Positions 33,779-42,394 of a stretch of DNA of 63,736 nt are shown here, one piece after another. The notes under the pieces were generated by a model, which saw only the letters and a program-made list of their open reading frames with translations, was not told the origin of the DNA and made no database searches. The DNA is taken from positions 18,194 to 81,929 of the forward strand of contig JBBIJZ010000004.1 of assembly GCA_037445715.1 (NCBI GenBank). Direction: 5' to 3'. A program made the position numbers and the translations under genes. This DNA comes from Verrucomicrobiales bacterium. GTDB taxonomy: Bacteria; Verrucomicrobiota; Verrucomicrobiia; Limisphaerales; J093. How positions within the stretch are numbered: position 1 is the first letter of the stretch; every line of letters begins with the position of its first letter.

Positions 33779-34624
33779 TCAGGCCAGCACTTTGCGCAGG
33801 AATTTGAGGCCCTTGGTCGCGATCTCTTCGCGACTGGGTTCGATCTGCCGCCAGATGGCCGCGGCGGCCGCGATAATCTTCACGTCCTGCGTGAAGGACT
33901 CGATGACCACCGCGCCGTCGTACTTCACTTTCTTGAGCGCGGCCGCGATTTCGTCCCAGGCGACGTGGTCGTTGCCGGGGGTGCCGCGGTCGCAGCCGCA
34001 GGCATGGAAGTGCCGAAGGAGCCGGCCGGCCTTTTTGATGGCGGCGGCCTGGTGTTTCTCCTCGATGTTCATGTGGAAGGTGTCCAGGTGCACCTTCAGG
34101 GCGGGGCTGCCCACGTCGGCGATGAGCTCGAGCACCTGGTCCACGGTGTTGATGAAGTCGGTCTCGAAGCGGTTGAGCGGCTCGACGCAGATTTCGACGC
34201 CTTTGTTTTGGGCGTGTTTGCAGAGCGGTTTGAGGTTCTTGACCACGGTGCGCCACTGCTCGCGCTTGGCCCTGGGTTCCTCGGCGTTGCGGCGCCCCAC
34301 GGCCGAATAAACCGGCCCGGCCACGACCGGAGCGCCCAGCACCACGGCCTGGTCAATCAAGGCGGTGATGTAGGCGCTGGAATTGGCCTGCGCCTCGGGC
34401 GTGCCGCGCAGGTCCCGGTCCGGCCCGAAAGCGCCGCACACCGAGCAGCAGCTCAGCCCCGCCTTGTCCAGCTCGGACCGGATGTGGGCGGGGTCTATGG
34501 CCGCCGGGTCGTCAATGGCGATTTCGACCGAATCGAACCCCCATTTTTTGAAGGTCTTGAACCACTTGGTGCTCTCGTTGGTGAACGGGAAGGTGAACAG
34601 GAAGGTGTTGATGCCGAATTTCAT
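33779..34624 (-). CDS. sugar phosphate isomerase/epimerase (xylose-isomerase-like TIM barrel; ketose 3-epimerase-like)
   Basis: MKFGINTFLF..., FDSVEI, VEPLNRFETDFINT, KVHLDTFHMNIEE and FHACGCDRGTPGNDH resemble tagatose/psicose 3-epimerase-type barrels. Confidence 0.85.
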   Translation of the reverse strand: MKFGINTFLFTFPFTNESTKWFKTFKKWGFDSVEIAIDDPAAIDPAHIRSELDKAGLSCCSVCGAFGPDRDLRGTPEAQANSSAYITALIDQAVVLGAPVVAGPVYSAVGRRNAEEPRAKREQWRTVVKNLKPLCKHAQNKGVEICVEPLNRFETDFINTVDQVLELIADVGSPALKVHLDTFHMNIEEKHQAAAIKKAGRLLRHFHACGCDRGTPGNDHVAWDEIAAALKKVKYDGAVVIESFTQDVKIIAAAAAIWRQIEPSREEIATKGLKFLRKVLA

Positions 34625-35076
34625 GGTCGTGTGCTTGCTTGCCCGGCAGCCTAGGTGCGGGACGGAGCGGGGTCAAAAGTTTTCGCCGCTCGCGGCCTGG
34701 CCCACCGCGTACGGCGGGCCCACGGGCGCAATCGAAGAGGTGCGTCAGGCCTGTTCGCGTCGGGCATGTTGATCTGATTATCCCCAGGCTCCCTCGGAGC
34801 GCCGGCCTACTCCTCCGGCCTTTGCGGGGGATGATCGGTTCAATGGGGGCGACTGGAGGATGCCCCGGACGGCCACGTGTACGGCCTGTCGGGCCATCTC
34901 CGGGTCAACCGACAGACCTTTGCGGGCGTTCGCTTGGCGGCCTGGCAGAGGCTCAGAAATGGCTTGTCAGCGTGCTTACGGGACCTCCACAGATTGTGGC
35001 CGGCGAGCTTCTGCCCCACAGTTTGTTGTGGTTTTGGCTTTACAGGGAAAACGTCGAGGCCTATCTGTCCCCTCGA

Positions 35077-38000
35077 ATGCATCTGAAGAACCTGACCTTG
35101 CTGGGCTTTAAGTCCTTTGCCGACCGGACCTCGCTGGACTTTCTGCCTGGCATTACGGCCATTGTCGGCCCCAACGGATGCGGCAAGTCCAACATCGCCG
35201 ACGCCATCCGCTGGGTATTGGGCGAACAATCGGCCAAGGCCCTGCGCGGGGGCGAGATGGCGGACGTTATCTTTAACGGCACCGATCGCCGCAAACAACT
35301 GGGTCTGGCCGAGGTCTCCCTGACCTTGGGTGGGGTGGACCAGGAAAATCTCAAAGCGGCCGGGGTCGAGCTGAGCTACGACGAAATCACCATCACCCGA
35401 CGGGTCTGCCGGGACGGCAGCAGCGACTACTTCATCAACAAGACGCCCTGCCGGCTCAAGGACATCCAGCAGTTGTTCGCGGGCACGGGCGTGGGCCGCG
35501 CCAGTTACAGCATCATGGCCCAGGGCAACATCACCCAGGTGCTTTCCAGCAAACCCGAAGACCGCCGGGCCATCTTCGAGGAGGCCGCCGGGATCACCCG
35601 CTTCAAGGCCCAAAAACGCGAGGCCCTGCGCAAGCTCGAATTGACCGAGCAAAACCTGCTGCGCGTGGCCGACCTCATCCGCGAGGTCAAACGCCAGATC
35701 ATCTCCCTGCAACGCCAGGCCGGCAAAGCCCGCCGCTACCGGCAGTACGCGGCCGAGTTGCAGCACCTCGAAACCCAGTACGCCCGCCACCAGTACGACG
35801 TCCTCCAGGCCGAAATCGCCACCCGCCAGGCCCGCTGGGAACACCTGCGCAGCCGCATCGAAGACACCACCCGCCGCATCCTCGAGGCGGAAAACCAACT
35901 CGCCGAACTGCGCAGCCTGGCGGCCGAACTTGAACGCGAAATCGCCGGCGTCCAGCAACAGGACCTCGGCCTCAAGGCCGAGGCCGAGCAACACGCCAGC
36001 CGCGTCCGCTTCAACGAGGAACGCCTCCGCGAATTCGCCGCCCAGCACACCGCCGCCCGGGACGACATCGCCCGGGCCGAGGAACGACGCCTGGCCGCCG
36101 AACAGGAACTGGCCGACGTCAGCACGCAGGTCACCGCCTCCGCCACCCACCTGGCCGAATTGCGCGCCGTGCTGGAGCAACGCCAGCAGGCCCTCGCGCA
36201 AATCGAGGCCGCCCTGCGGGCGCGTCAGGACGAGGCCCAGCGCCTGCAAACCACCCTCTTCGCCGAGGCCCAGCGCCTGGCCCGCGCCCGCAACGAACTC
36301 GCCGCCTTGGACCTCCAAAAACAGGCCGCGCTCGCCCGCCTGGAAAAACTCTCCGGGGAAAAGGCCCAGCTCGAAGAAGAGCGCGCCCGGCTCGAAAACC
36401 GGCTGGTCGAATTCGAGCAGACCAGCCAGGCCCAGCAACAGGACCTGGACGCCCGCCGGCTCGGCGTCGAGGAACGCCAGGCCCGCCTGCGCCAGGTCCA
36501 GGCCCAACTGGCCCGCGTGGGTCAGGAACTCGAGGCCCTGCACCGCACGCTGGCCGACCGCCAGTCCCGTCGCCAGGTGCTCGCGCAACTGGAGGCCAGC
36601 CGCGAGGGCTTCAGCGCCGGCGCCCAGGCCGCCCTGCAAAGCGCCCACGGCGTGCTGGGTACGCTGGCCGACCGCCTGCGCGTGCCGGATGCCCATGTCC
36701 CCGCCGTCGAGGCGGCCCTCGGCCATCACCTCCAGGTGGTCCTGACCGGCGATCCCGCCCAGGCCCACCAGATTCTGGCCGACCTGGCCGCCAGCGGCAA
36801 AGGCCGGGCCAGCGTCGCCTCCCTCAACTTGCGCAACGGCTTTGTCAGCGCGGCCGACCTCGAACCCGCCGTGGCCGAACGCCTCCACGCCCATCAGTGC
36901 CAACCCCTGCTGGGCGTGGTCGAGGTGGAAAGCTCCGTCACCGCGCTCGTGCAGGGCCTGCTGGGCCGCACCCAACTGGTGCCCGACCTGGCGGCCGCCA
37001 CCGCCGCCTGGGCCGAGTTGCCGGGCCAGTTTGACTTCGTGACCCCCGCCGGCGAACTGCTCAGCCGCCACGGCGTGTTCACCGGCGGGCGCACCCACGG
37101 CCGCGGCGGCCCCGCCGCCTCGATCCTGGCCCGCAAAAACGAAATCGCCGCCCTCGACGCCGAACTGGCCGGCCTCCAGGCCCGCCTCGAGGCCCTCAAC
37201 CGCGACAAGGGCGCCCTCCAGGGCGAACTCACCGTGCTCCAGGCCGGCCTCCAGGAGGCGCAGACCGAACTGCGCGCCCAAGAAGTGGCCCTGGCCACCC
37301 GCCAGGGCGAGCACAAGGCCCTGACCCATGCCCGGCAGGTCCTGCACCAGAAAATTGACACGGTCGTCTTCGAGATTCAGAGCCTGGCCGGCCAGCAGCA
37401 GGAGGCGGAAACCCGCCGGACCGAGCTGACGCAACAACTGGCCGCACTGGAAACCCGCGAGGCCGCCCTCCAGCGCGAGCTGGCCGACCACACCACGGCC
37501 ATCGAGCAGGAGCGCCAGCGCCGCGAGGAGGCCCACGCCGCCCTCACCGAGGCCCGGGTGGCCGTGGCCGCCGAGGAGCAGCGCAACACCGCGCTGCGCC
37601 AGCAGCAACGGCCGCTCGAACAACGCATCCGCGAATTGCGGCAACTGGTCGAGCAACGCCAGCGCGAACTGGACGGCCTCTTCGAGCGCCGCCGCCGCGC
37701 CGAGGCCGAGATCAACGAATCGCGCCTCCGCGGCGAGACCCTGACCCAGGAACGCGAGCACCTGGGCCGCCGCCTGGCCGACCTGGAAAACCAGCGCGCG
37801 GTCCACGCGGCGGAACTGGCCGCCCGCGAAGAGGCCCTGCGCGCCCTGCGCCGCGAGCTGGACGGCCTGCAGGAACAGCGCGGCGCCGAGGAGGTGGCCC
37901 TGGCCGAGCGCCGGCTCTCGCTGCAAAACCTCTGCGAGCGCCTCCAGCAAAAATACCAGGTCCGCCTCGAAACGGTGCAGAGCGAGTGCATCCGCATCAC

Positions 38001-38814
38001 CTTCGCCGATGAAGGCCCGGCCAAGGTGGTGGTGGTCACCCCCGAGGAAATGGCGCAGGCCGGCGTGGCCACGGACTGGGAGGCGGTGGCCGCGCAGATC
38101 GCCGCGCTGCAACAGCGCCTGGACGAGCTGGGGCCGGTGAACCTCGTGGCCATCGAGGAGTTCGAGGAGGCCGAGCAGCGCCACCAGCATCTCGCCACCC
38201 AGCACGACGACCTGGTCGAGGCCCGCCGCCAGTTGGTCGAGGTCATCAACCGCGTCAACGCCCAGACCCGCGAGATGTTCACCGACACCTTCCAGCGCAT
38301 CCGCGAGAACTTCCGCAGCCTCTTCGAGGAAATCTTCGGCGGCGGCACCGCGGACCTGCACCTGGTGGACGAGGGCGACGTGCTGGAAAGCGGCATCGAA
38401 ATCCTGGCCCGCCCGCCGGGCAAGCAACTGCGCAGCATCTCGCTGCTCTCCGGCGGGGAGCAGACCATGACCGCCGTGGCCCTGCTCTTTGCCATCTACC
38501 GGGTCCGGCCCAGCCCCTTCTGCGTGCTGGACGAGCTGGACGCGCCGCTGGACGAGTCGAACATCAACCGCTTCGTGCAGATTCTCCAGCGGTTCGTGAA
38601 GGACTCCCAGTTCCTCATCATCACCCACAACAAGCGCACCATCGCCATGGCCGACGTGCTCTACGGCATCACCATGCAGGAGCACGGCGTCAGCAAGGTC
38701 GTCAGCGTCAAATTCCGCCGCGCGCCGGAGACCCCCGAGGCGGCGGCCCCCGAGGAAACCTTCGAGGGCGGCACCGACCTGCCCGTGCTGGCCGGCGCGG
38801 CCAGCGCCGCCTGA
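35077..38814 (+). CDS. smc: chromosome segregation protein SMC
   Basis: Start MHLKNLTLLGFKSFADRT...IVGPNGCGKSNIADAIRWVLGEQSAK (Walker A). Long coiled coils flank a hinge (about 36600..37100). The C-terminal part has LSGGEQTMTAVALLFAI (signature motif) and FCVLDELDAPLDESN (Walker B). Confidence 0.95.
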   Translation: MHLKNLTLLGFKSFADRTSLDFLPGITAIVGPNGCGKSNIADAIRWVLGEQSAKALRGGEMADVIFNGTDRRKQLGLAEVSLTLGGVDQENLKAAGVELSYDEITITRRVCRDGSSDYFINKTPCRLKDIQQLFAGTGVGRASYSIMAQGNITQVLSSKPEDRRAIFEEAAGITRFKAQKREALRKLELTEQNLLRVADLIREVKRQIISLQRQAGKARRYRQYAAELQHLETQYARHQYDVLQAEIATRQARWEHLRSRIEDTTRRILEAENQLAELRSLAAELEREIAGVQQQDLGLKAEAEQHASRVRFNEERLREFAAQHTAARDDIARAEERRLAAEQELADVSTQVTASATHLAELRAVLEQRQQALAQIEAALRARQDEAQRLQTTLFAEAQRLARARNELAALDLQKQAALARLEKLSGEKAQLEEERARLENRLVEFEQTSQAQQQDLDARRLGVEERQARLRQVQAQLARVGQELEALHRTLADRQSRRQVLAQLEASREGFSAGAQAALQSAHGVLGTLADRLRVPDAHVPAVEAALGHHLQVVLTGDPAQAHQILADLAASGKGRASVASLNLRNGFVSAADLEPAVAERLHAHQCQPLLGVVEVESSVTALVQGLLGRTQLVPDLAAATAAWAELPGQFDFVTPAGELLSRHGVFTGGRTHGRGGPAASILARKNEIAALDAELAGLQARLEALNRDKGALQGELTVLQAGLQEAQTELRAQEVALATRQGEHKALTHARQVLHQKIDTVVFEIQSLAGQQQEAETRRTELTQQLAALETREAALQRELADHTTAIEQERQRREEAHAALTEARVAVAAEEQRNTALRQQQRPLEQRIRELRQLVEQRQRELDGLFERRRRAEAEINESRLRGETLTQEREHLGRRLADLENQRAVHAAELAAREEALRALRRELDGLQEQRGAEEVALAERRLSLQNLCERLQQKYQVRLETVQSECIRITFADEGPAKVVVVTPEEMAQAGVATDWEAVAAQIAALQQRLDELGPVNLVAIEEFEEAEQRHQHLATQHDDLVEARRQLVEVINRVNAQTREMFTDTFQRIRENFRSLFEEIFGGGTADLHLVDEGDVLESGIEILARPPGKQLRSISLLSGGEQTMTAVALLFAIYRVRPSPFCVLDELDAPLDESNINRFVQILQRFVKDSQFLIITHNKRTIAMADVLYGITMQEHGVSKVVSVKFRRAPETPEAAAPEETFEGGTDLPVLAGAASAA

Positions 38815-38871
38815 GCCCCGGCGGCGGGCGTTTTCGTTGAGAGCGGCCGCGCCGCACGCTAGCTTCTGCCC

Positions 38872-39711
38872 GTGCTGAAACGGGTCTGGTTCCCCCTGGT
38901 CGCCCTGTTCTGGGTGGCCATGAATGTCCTGCTCTGGCGCGCCGAAATGATGTCCCGGCCCGCCGGCGGCAGCCCGGTTTCGCCCGACCTGGTCTGGGAA
39001 CGGATGCTCACCGCGCCGGACGACTCGACGCTCGAAATCCGCCACCGCGACCGCAAGCTCGGCTGGGTGCGCTGGGTACCGCGCGTCGAGGAAGCCCCCG
39101 AAGCCGCGGCCCCGGAGGCCGGGACGACCGCCAGTGACGGCCTTGAGGGCCGCGTCCGGCGCATCACCGGCTACACCGTGGTGCTGGACGGCAACCTGGC
39201 GCCGCGGGATGGGGTGCCGCGTTACCGCTTCAGCGGCCAGCTTGAATTCGACGCCGACAAGCACTGGCAGTCGCTGCAACTGCGCGTGACCTTGCGCCCG
39301 CAGGTCTGGGAGTTGCGGGCGGACGCGCGGCGTCAGACCGTGACCTTCCAGGTGGGCGAGGAGGCCCGCGCCGCGGAGTTCCGGTTCACCTTCGCCGAGC
39401 TGGCCCAACCCGAAGCCCTGCTGGGTGCGCTCGGCCTGCCCGTGCCCCCCGGCGCCTTGCAATCCCTCCTGCCGCCGGCGCTGGCCGGGGGCCCGCGCCG
39501 GCTGGCGCTGGGCCTGCAGTGGGACGCGCGCAGCGACTGGCTCCAGATCGGCAGTGCCCGCGCCCGCGCCTACCGGGTCACCGCCCGGCTGCTGGACAAG
39601 TATGAAGTGCGCCTGGTCCTCAGCCGCGTGGGCGAAATCCTCCGGGTCGAACTGCCCGACCAGATCACGCTGGTGAGCGATGCGCTGGCGGACTTCCCCT
39701 TGCGCCCATGA
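38872..39711 (+). CDS. hypothetical N-terminally membrane-anchored protein, first gene of an ABC-transporter operon
   Basis: GTG start at 38872. It has one TM helix (VWFPLVALFWVAMNVLLW) followed by a beta-rich ~250 aa. The stop overlaps the ATG of the ABC ATPase gene (ATGA at 39708). Confidence 0.6.
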   Translation: MLKRVWFPLVALFWVAMNVLLWRAEMMSRPAGGSPVSPDLVWERMLTAPDDSTLEIRHRDRKLGWVRWVPRVEEAPEAAAPEAGTTASDGLEGRVRRITGYTVVLDGNLAPRDGVPRYRFSGQLEFDADKHWQSLQLRVTLRPQVWELRADARRQTVTFQVGEEARAAEFRFTFAELAQPEALLGALGLPVPPGALQSLLPPALAGGPRRLALGLQWDARSDWLQIGSARARAYRVTARLLDKYEVRLVLSRVGEILRVELPDQITLVSDALADFPLRP

Positions 39712-40466
39712 TCGAATTGATCCACCTGGTCAAACGCTTCGGCGAGCTGGTTGCCGTCAACGACGTCTCGCTCACCATTCCCCGCGGCGAGTTCTTCGCC
39801 CTGCTGGGGCCCAACGCGGCCGGCAAGACCACCACCATTAAAATTTTGGCGGGCCTGATGAAACCCACCGCCGGCACGGCGCGCGTGGCCGGCTACGACG
39901 TGCAGGCCGCGCCGCTCGAGGCCCGCCGCCGCCTCGCCTACGTGCCCGATTTTCCCTTCCTGTACGACAAGCTCACGCCGCGCGAGTTTCTGCGCTTCAC
40001 CGCCGAGTTGTTCCGCCTGGACCCGGCGGCGGCGGAGCGCCGCGCCGCCGCGCTGGGCGCGCGGTTCAACCTCGAGGACTACCTGGACCTGCCCATCGAG
40101 GGCCTCTCGCACGGCACCCGCCAGCGCGTGGCCATCGTCTCCGCGCTGCTGCACCAGCCGGAGGTGTTCATCCTGGACGAGCCGATGGTGGGGCTGGACC
40201 CGCACCACGCGCGCGTGCTCAAGGACGTGCTCAAGGAACACTCCCGGGCCGGCACCACCGTGCTGGTCTCGACCCACCAACTGAGCGTGGCCGAGGAAAT
40301 GGCCGACCGCATCGGCATCATGCACCAGGGCCGCCTGATCGCGGTGGGCACGGGCGAGGAACTGCGCGCCCGCGCCGGCACCCGCGGGCCGCTGGAGGAG
40401 ACCTTCCTGACCCTGACCGCCCAGGAGGCCAACCTGAACGAGGCCGCGGCCGCCCGCGCCGGTTGA
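39708..40466 (+). CDS. ABC transporter ATP-binding protein
   Basis: Walker A GPNAAGKTT, Q-loop, signature LSHGTRQRV, Walker B VFILDEP and H-loop STHQL. Confidence 0.9.
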   Translation: MIELIHLVKRFGELVAVNDVSLTIPRGEFFALLGPNAAGKTTTIKILAGLMKPTAGTARVAGYDVQAAPLEARRRLAYVPDFPFLYDKLTPREFLRFTAELFRLDPAAAERRAAALGARFNLEDYLDLPIEGLSHGTRQRVAIVSALLHQPEVFILDEPMVGLDPHHARVLKDVLKEHSRAGTTVLVSTHQLSVAEEMADRIGIMHQGRLIAVGTGEELRARAGTRGPLEETFLTLTAQEANLNEAAAARAG

Positions 40467-40473
40467 AGCGAGT

Positions 40474-42207
40474 ATGCCCGCCCCGCCCGTGGAATCTCCC
40501 TCGTTGCTGCGCCTGCTGGTGCGGACCAACCTGCGCCAGGCCTGGCGGCGGCTGCGCAGCCTGCGCGAGCAATCGCGGCTGCTCACCGCGCTGATCGGGC
40601 TGTTCCTGGTCGGGTACGCGGCGCTGGCCTTCAAGCTGTTTCAGATCGGCCTGCGCTTTGCCGGGAGCTTCCCCGGGCTGGGGCCGGTGCTCATCGAGCG
40701 GATGGTGTTTTTGCTCTTTGCGTTTCTGTTCGTGCTGCTGTTGCTGAGCAATCTGGTGATCAGCTACGCGAACCTGTTTCGCAACCGCGAGACGACCTTC
40801 CTCCTGCCGTTGCCGGTGCCCTTCGAGGTGATCTTCCGGTGGAAGTTCCTCGAGTCCCTGCTGCTGGCGTCCTGGGCGTTTGTGTTTCTGGTGGCGCCCC
40901 TGCTGGCGGCCTACGGCCTGCACGCGCGGGTGCCCTGGCATTTTTACCCGGCCACGCTGGGCTTCATCGCCCTGTTCATCGTGCTGCCGGCGGCGGGGGG
41001 CGCGTGGCTGGCGGTGAACGTGGCCCGCTGGCTGGACCGGCGCACCTTCCAGGTGGCGGCGCTGGGGCTGGCCGGCGGGCTGCTCGCGCTGGCGGCGGTG
41101 TACCTGCGGCCGGTGCAGGTGAGCGAGGAGGCGCTGGAGACCCGCGTGCTGGTGGTGCTGGACAGTTTGCTGGCACGCACGCGCTTTGCCCTGTTCCCGC
41201 TGCTGCCCAGTTACTGGCTGTCGGCAGGCGTGCAGCAGTGGGCCGAGGGCGCGCTGGCGGCGGCGCTGTTTTTTGCCGGGGTGCTGCTGAGTCACGTGCT
41301 GTTTTTCGGGACGCTGCTGTTCACCCGCATGGGCGGGGCCTTTTACCGGGCGGTGTCGGCGGTGCAGAGTCGCGGCAGTGTGCTGGGCCGTTGGGGCTGG
41401 TTTCGCCGCTGGCAGGCGCTGCGCCGGCAGGTCCGGGCGCGGCGCGGGCCGGTGGAGGTGGTACTGGGTTGGCTGCCCGGCCTGCCGTCGGACGTGCGGG
41501 CGCTCCTGGTCAAGGACATCCGGCTGTTCTGGCGCGACACCACGCAGTGGGCGCAGACGCTGGTGCTCTTTGGCCTGCTGGGGGTGTACATCCTGAACCT
41601 GCGGCATTTCAGCACCCAGCTCACGAACACCTTCTGGGTGACGGTGGTGGCGTATTTGAACCTGGGCGCCTGCGCGCTGAACCTGGCCACGCTGACCACG
41701 CGCTTCGTGTACCCGCAGTTCTCGCTCGAGGGCAAACGGCTCTGGATCGTGGGCCTGGCGCCGCTGGGCCTGCCGCGGGTGATGCTGGCCAAGTTGGCCC
41801 TGGGGGTGACCGTTTCGCTGGGCCTGAGTCTGGGGTTGATCGTGCTGTCCTGTCGGCTGCTGGAGCTGCCCTGGAACCGCACGCTGCTCTACGCCGCGGC
41901 GATCACGGTCATGGCCTTTACCCTGAACGGGCTGGCCATCGGGCTGGGCGCGGTGTACCCGAACCTGCGGGAGGACAACCCCAGCAAGATCGTCAGCGGC
42001 TTCGGGGGCACGTTTTGTCTGGTGCTGAGCTTTGTGTACATCGTGGGCTCGGTGCTGCTGCTGGCCTTTTCCTCGCCCTGGCATCCGGCGACGGCCTATC
42101 GGACCGGGACCTACGTGGCCTGGGGGATTTTCCTGTTGAGCTCCGGCCTCTTGGGCTGGCTGCCGTGGCGCTGGGGTCGGCGGCGGGCGCTGCAGTTCGA
42201 GTATTGA
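40474..42207 (+). CDS. polytopic ABC-exporter-type permease (putative ABC_export/ABC-2-like)
   Basis: 577 aa with about 12 hydrophobic helices, starting 8 nt after the ATPase gene. The family call rests on context and topology only. Confidence 0.65.
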   Translation: MPAPPVESPSLLRLLVRTNLRQAWRRLRSLREQSRLLTALIGLFLVGYAALAFKLFQIGLRFAGSFPGLGPVLIERMVFLLFAFLFVLLLLSNLVISYANLFRNRETTFLLPLPVPFEVIFRWKFLESLLLASWAFVFLVAPLLAAYGLHARVPWHFYPATLGFIALFIVLPAAGGAWLAVNVARWLDRRTFQVAALGLAGGLLALAAVYLRPVQVSEEALETRVLVVLDSLLARTRFALFPLLPSYWLSAGVQQWAEGALAAALFFAGVLLSHVLFFGTLLFTRMGGAFYRAVSAVQSRGSVLGRWGWFRRWQALRRQVRARRGPVEVVLGWLPGLPSDVRALLVKDIRLFWRDTTQWAQTLVLFGLLGVYILNLRHFSTQLTNTFWVTVVAYLNLGACALNLATLTTRFVYPQFSLEGKRLWIVGLAPLGLPRVMLAKLALGVTVSLGLSLGLIVLSCRLLELPWNRTLLYAAAITVMAFTLNGLAIGLGAVYPNLREDNPSKIVSGFGGTFCLVLSFVYIVGSVLLLAFSSPWHPATAYRTGTYVAWGIFLLSSGLLGWLPWRWGRRRALQFEY

Positions 42208-42394
42208 GCGGGCGCGCTTCGGATGGTGCTCGGGGCACCGGGGGCCGAAATTTTGGCGGCCGGCGGGGGCAGCTTTGTTGACAATCAGCCCGCCCGCGTC
42301 AAATTGCCGCAGTTCCACCCTCCCGCGAAGTCCGCCTGAACCGGGAGATCGCGGGCAGGGGGTCCTGGCAACAACCCGTGAAACAACACTCCCC

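Noticed and set aside
34843-35076. GGGGGCGACTGGAGGATGCCCC..., superficially like a tmRNA 5' end, in the smc upstream region
   Set aside because: There is no T-arm (GGTTCGA-type), no 3' CCA partner for an acceptor stem and no tag ORF. Only about 230 nt are available before smc. I judge it a chance resemblance.
34840-39462. 1540-aa ORF on the minus strand
   Set aside because: It is entirely antisense to smc, whose Walker A, signature and Walker B motifs are unambiguous. The translation is Gly/Ala/Leu/Gln/Glu low-complexity, typical of the mirror frame of a GC-rich coiled-coil gene.
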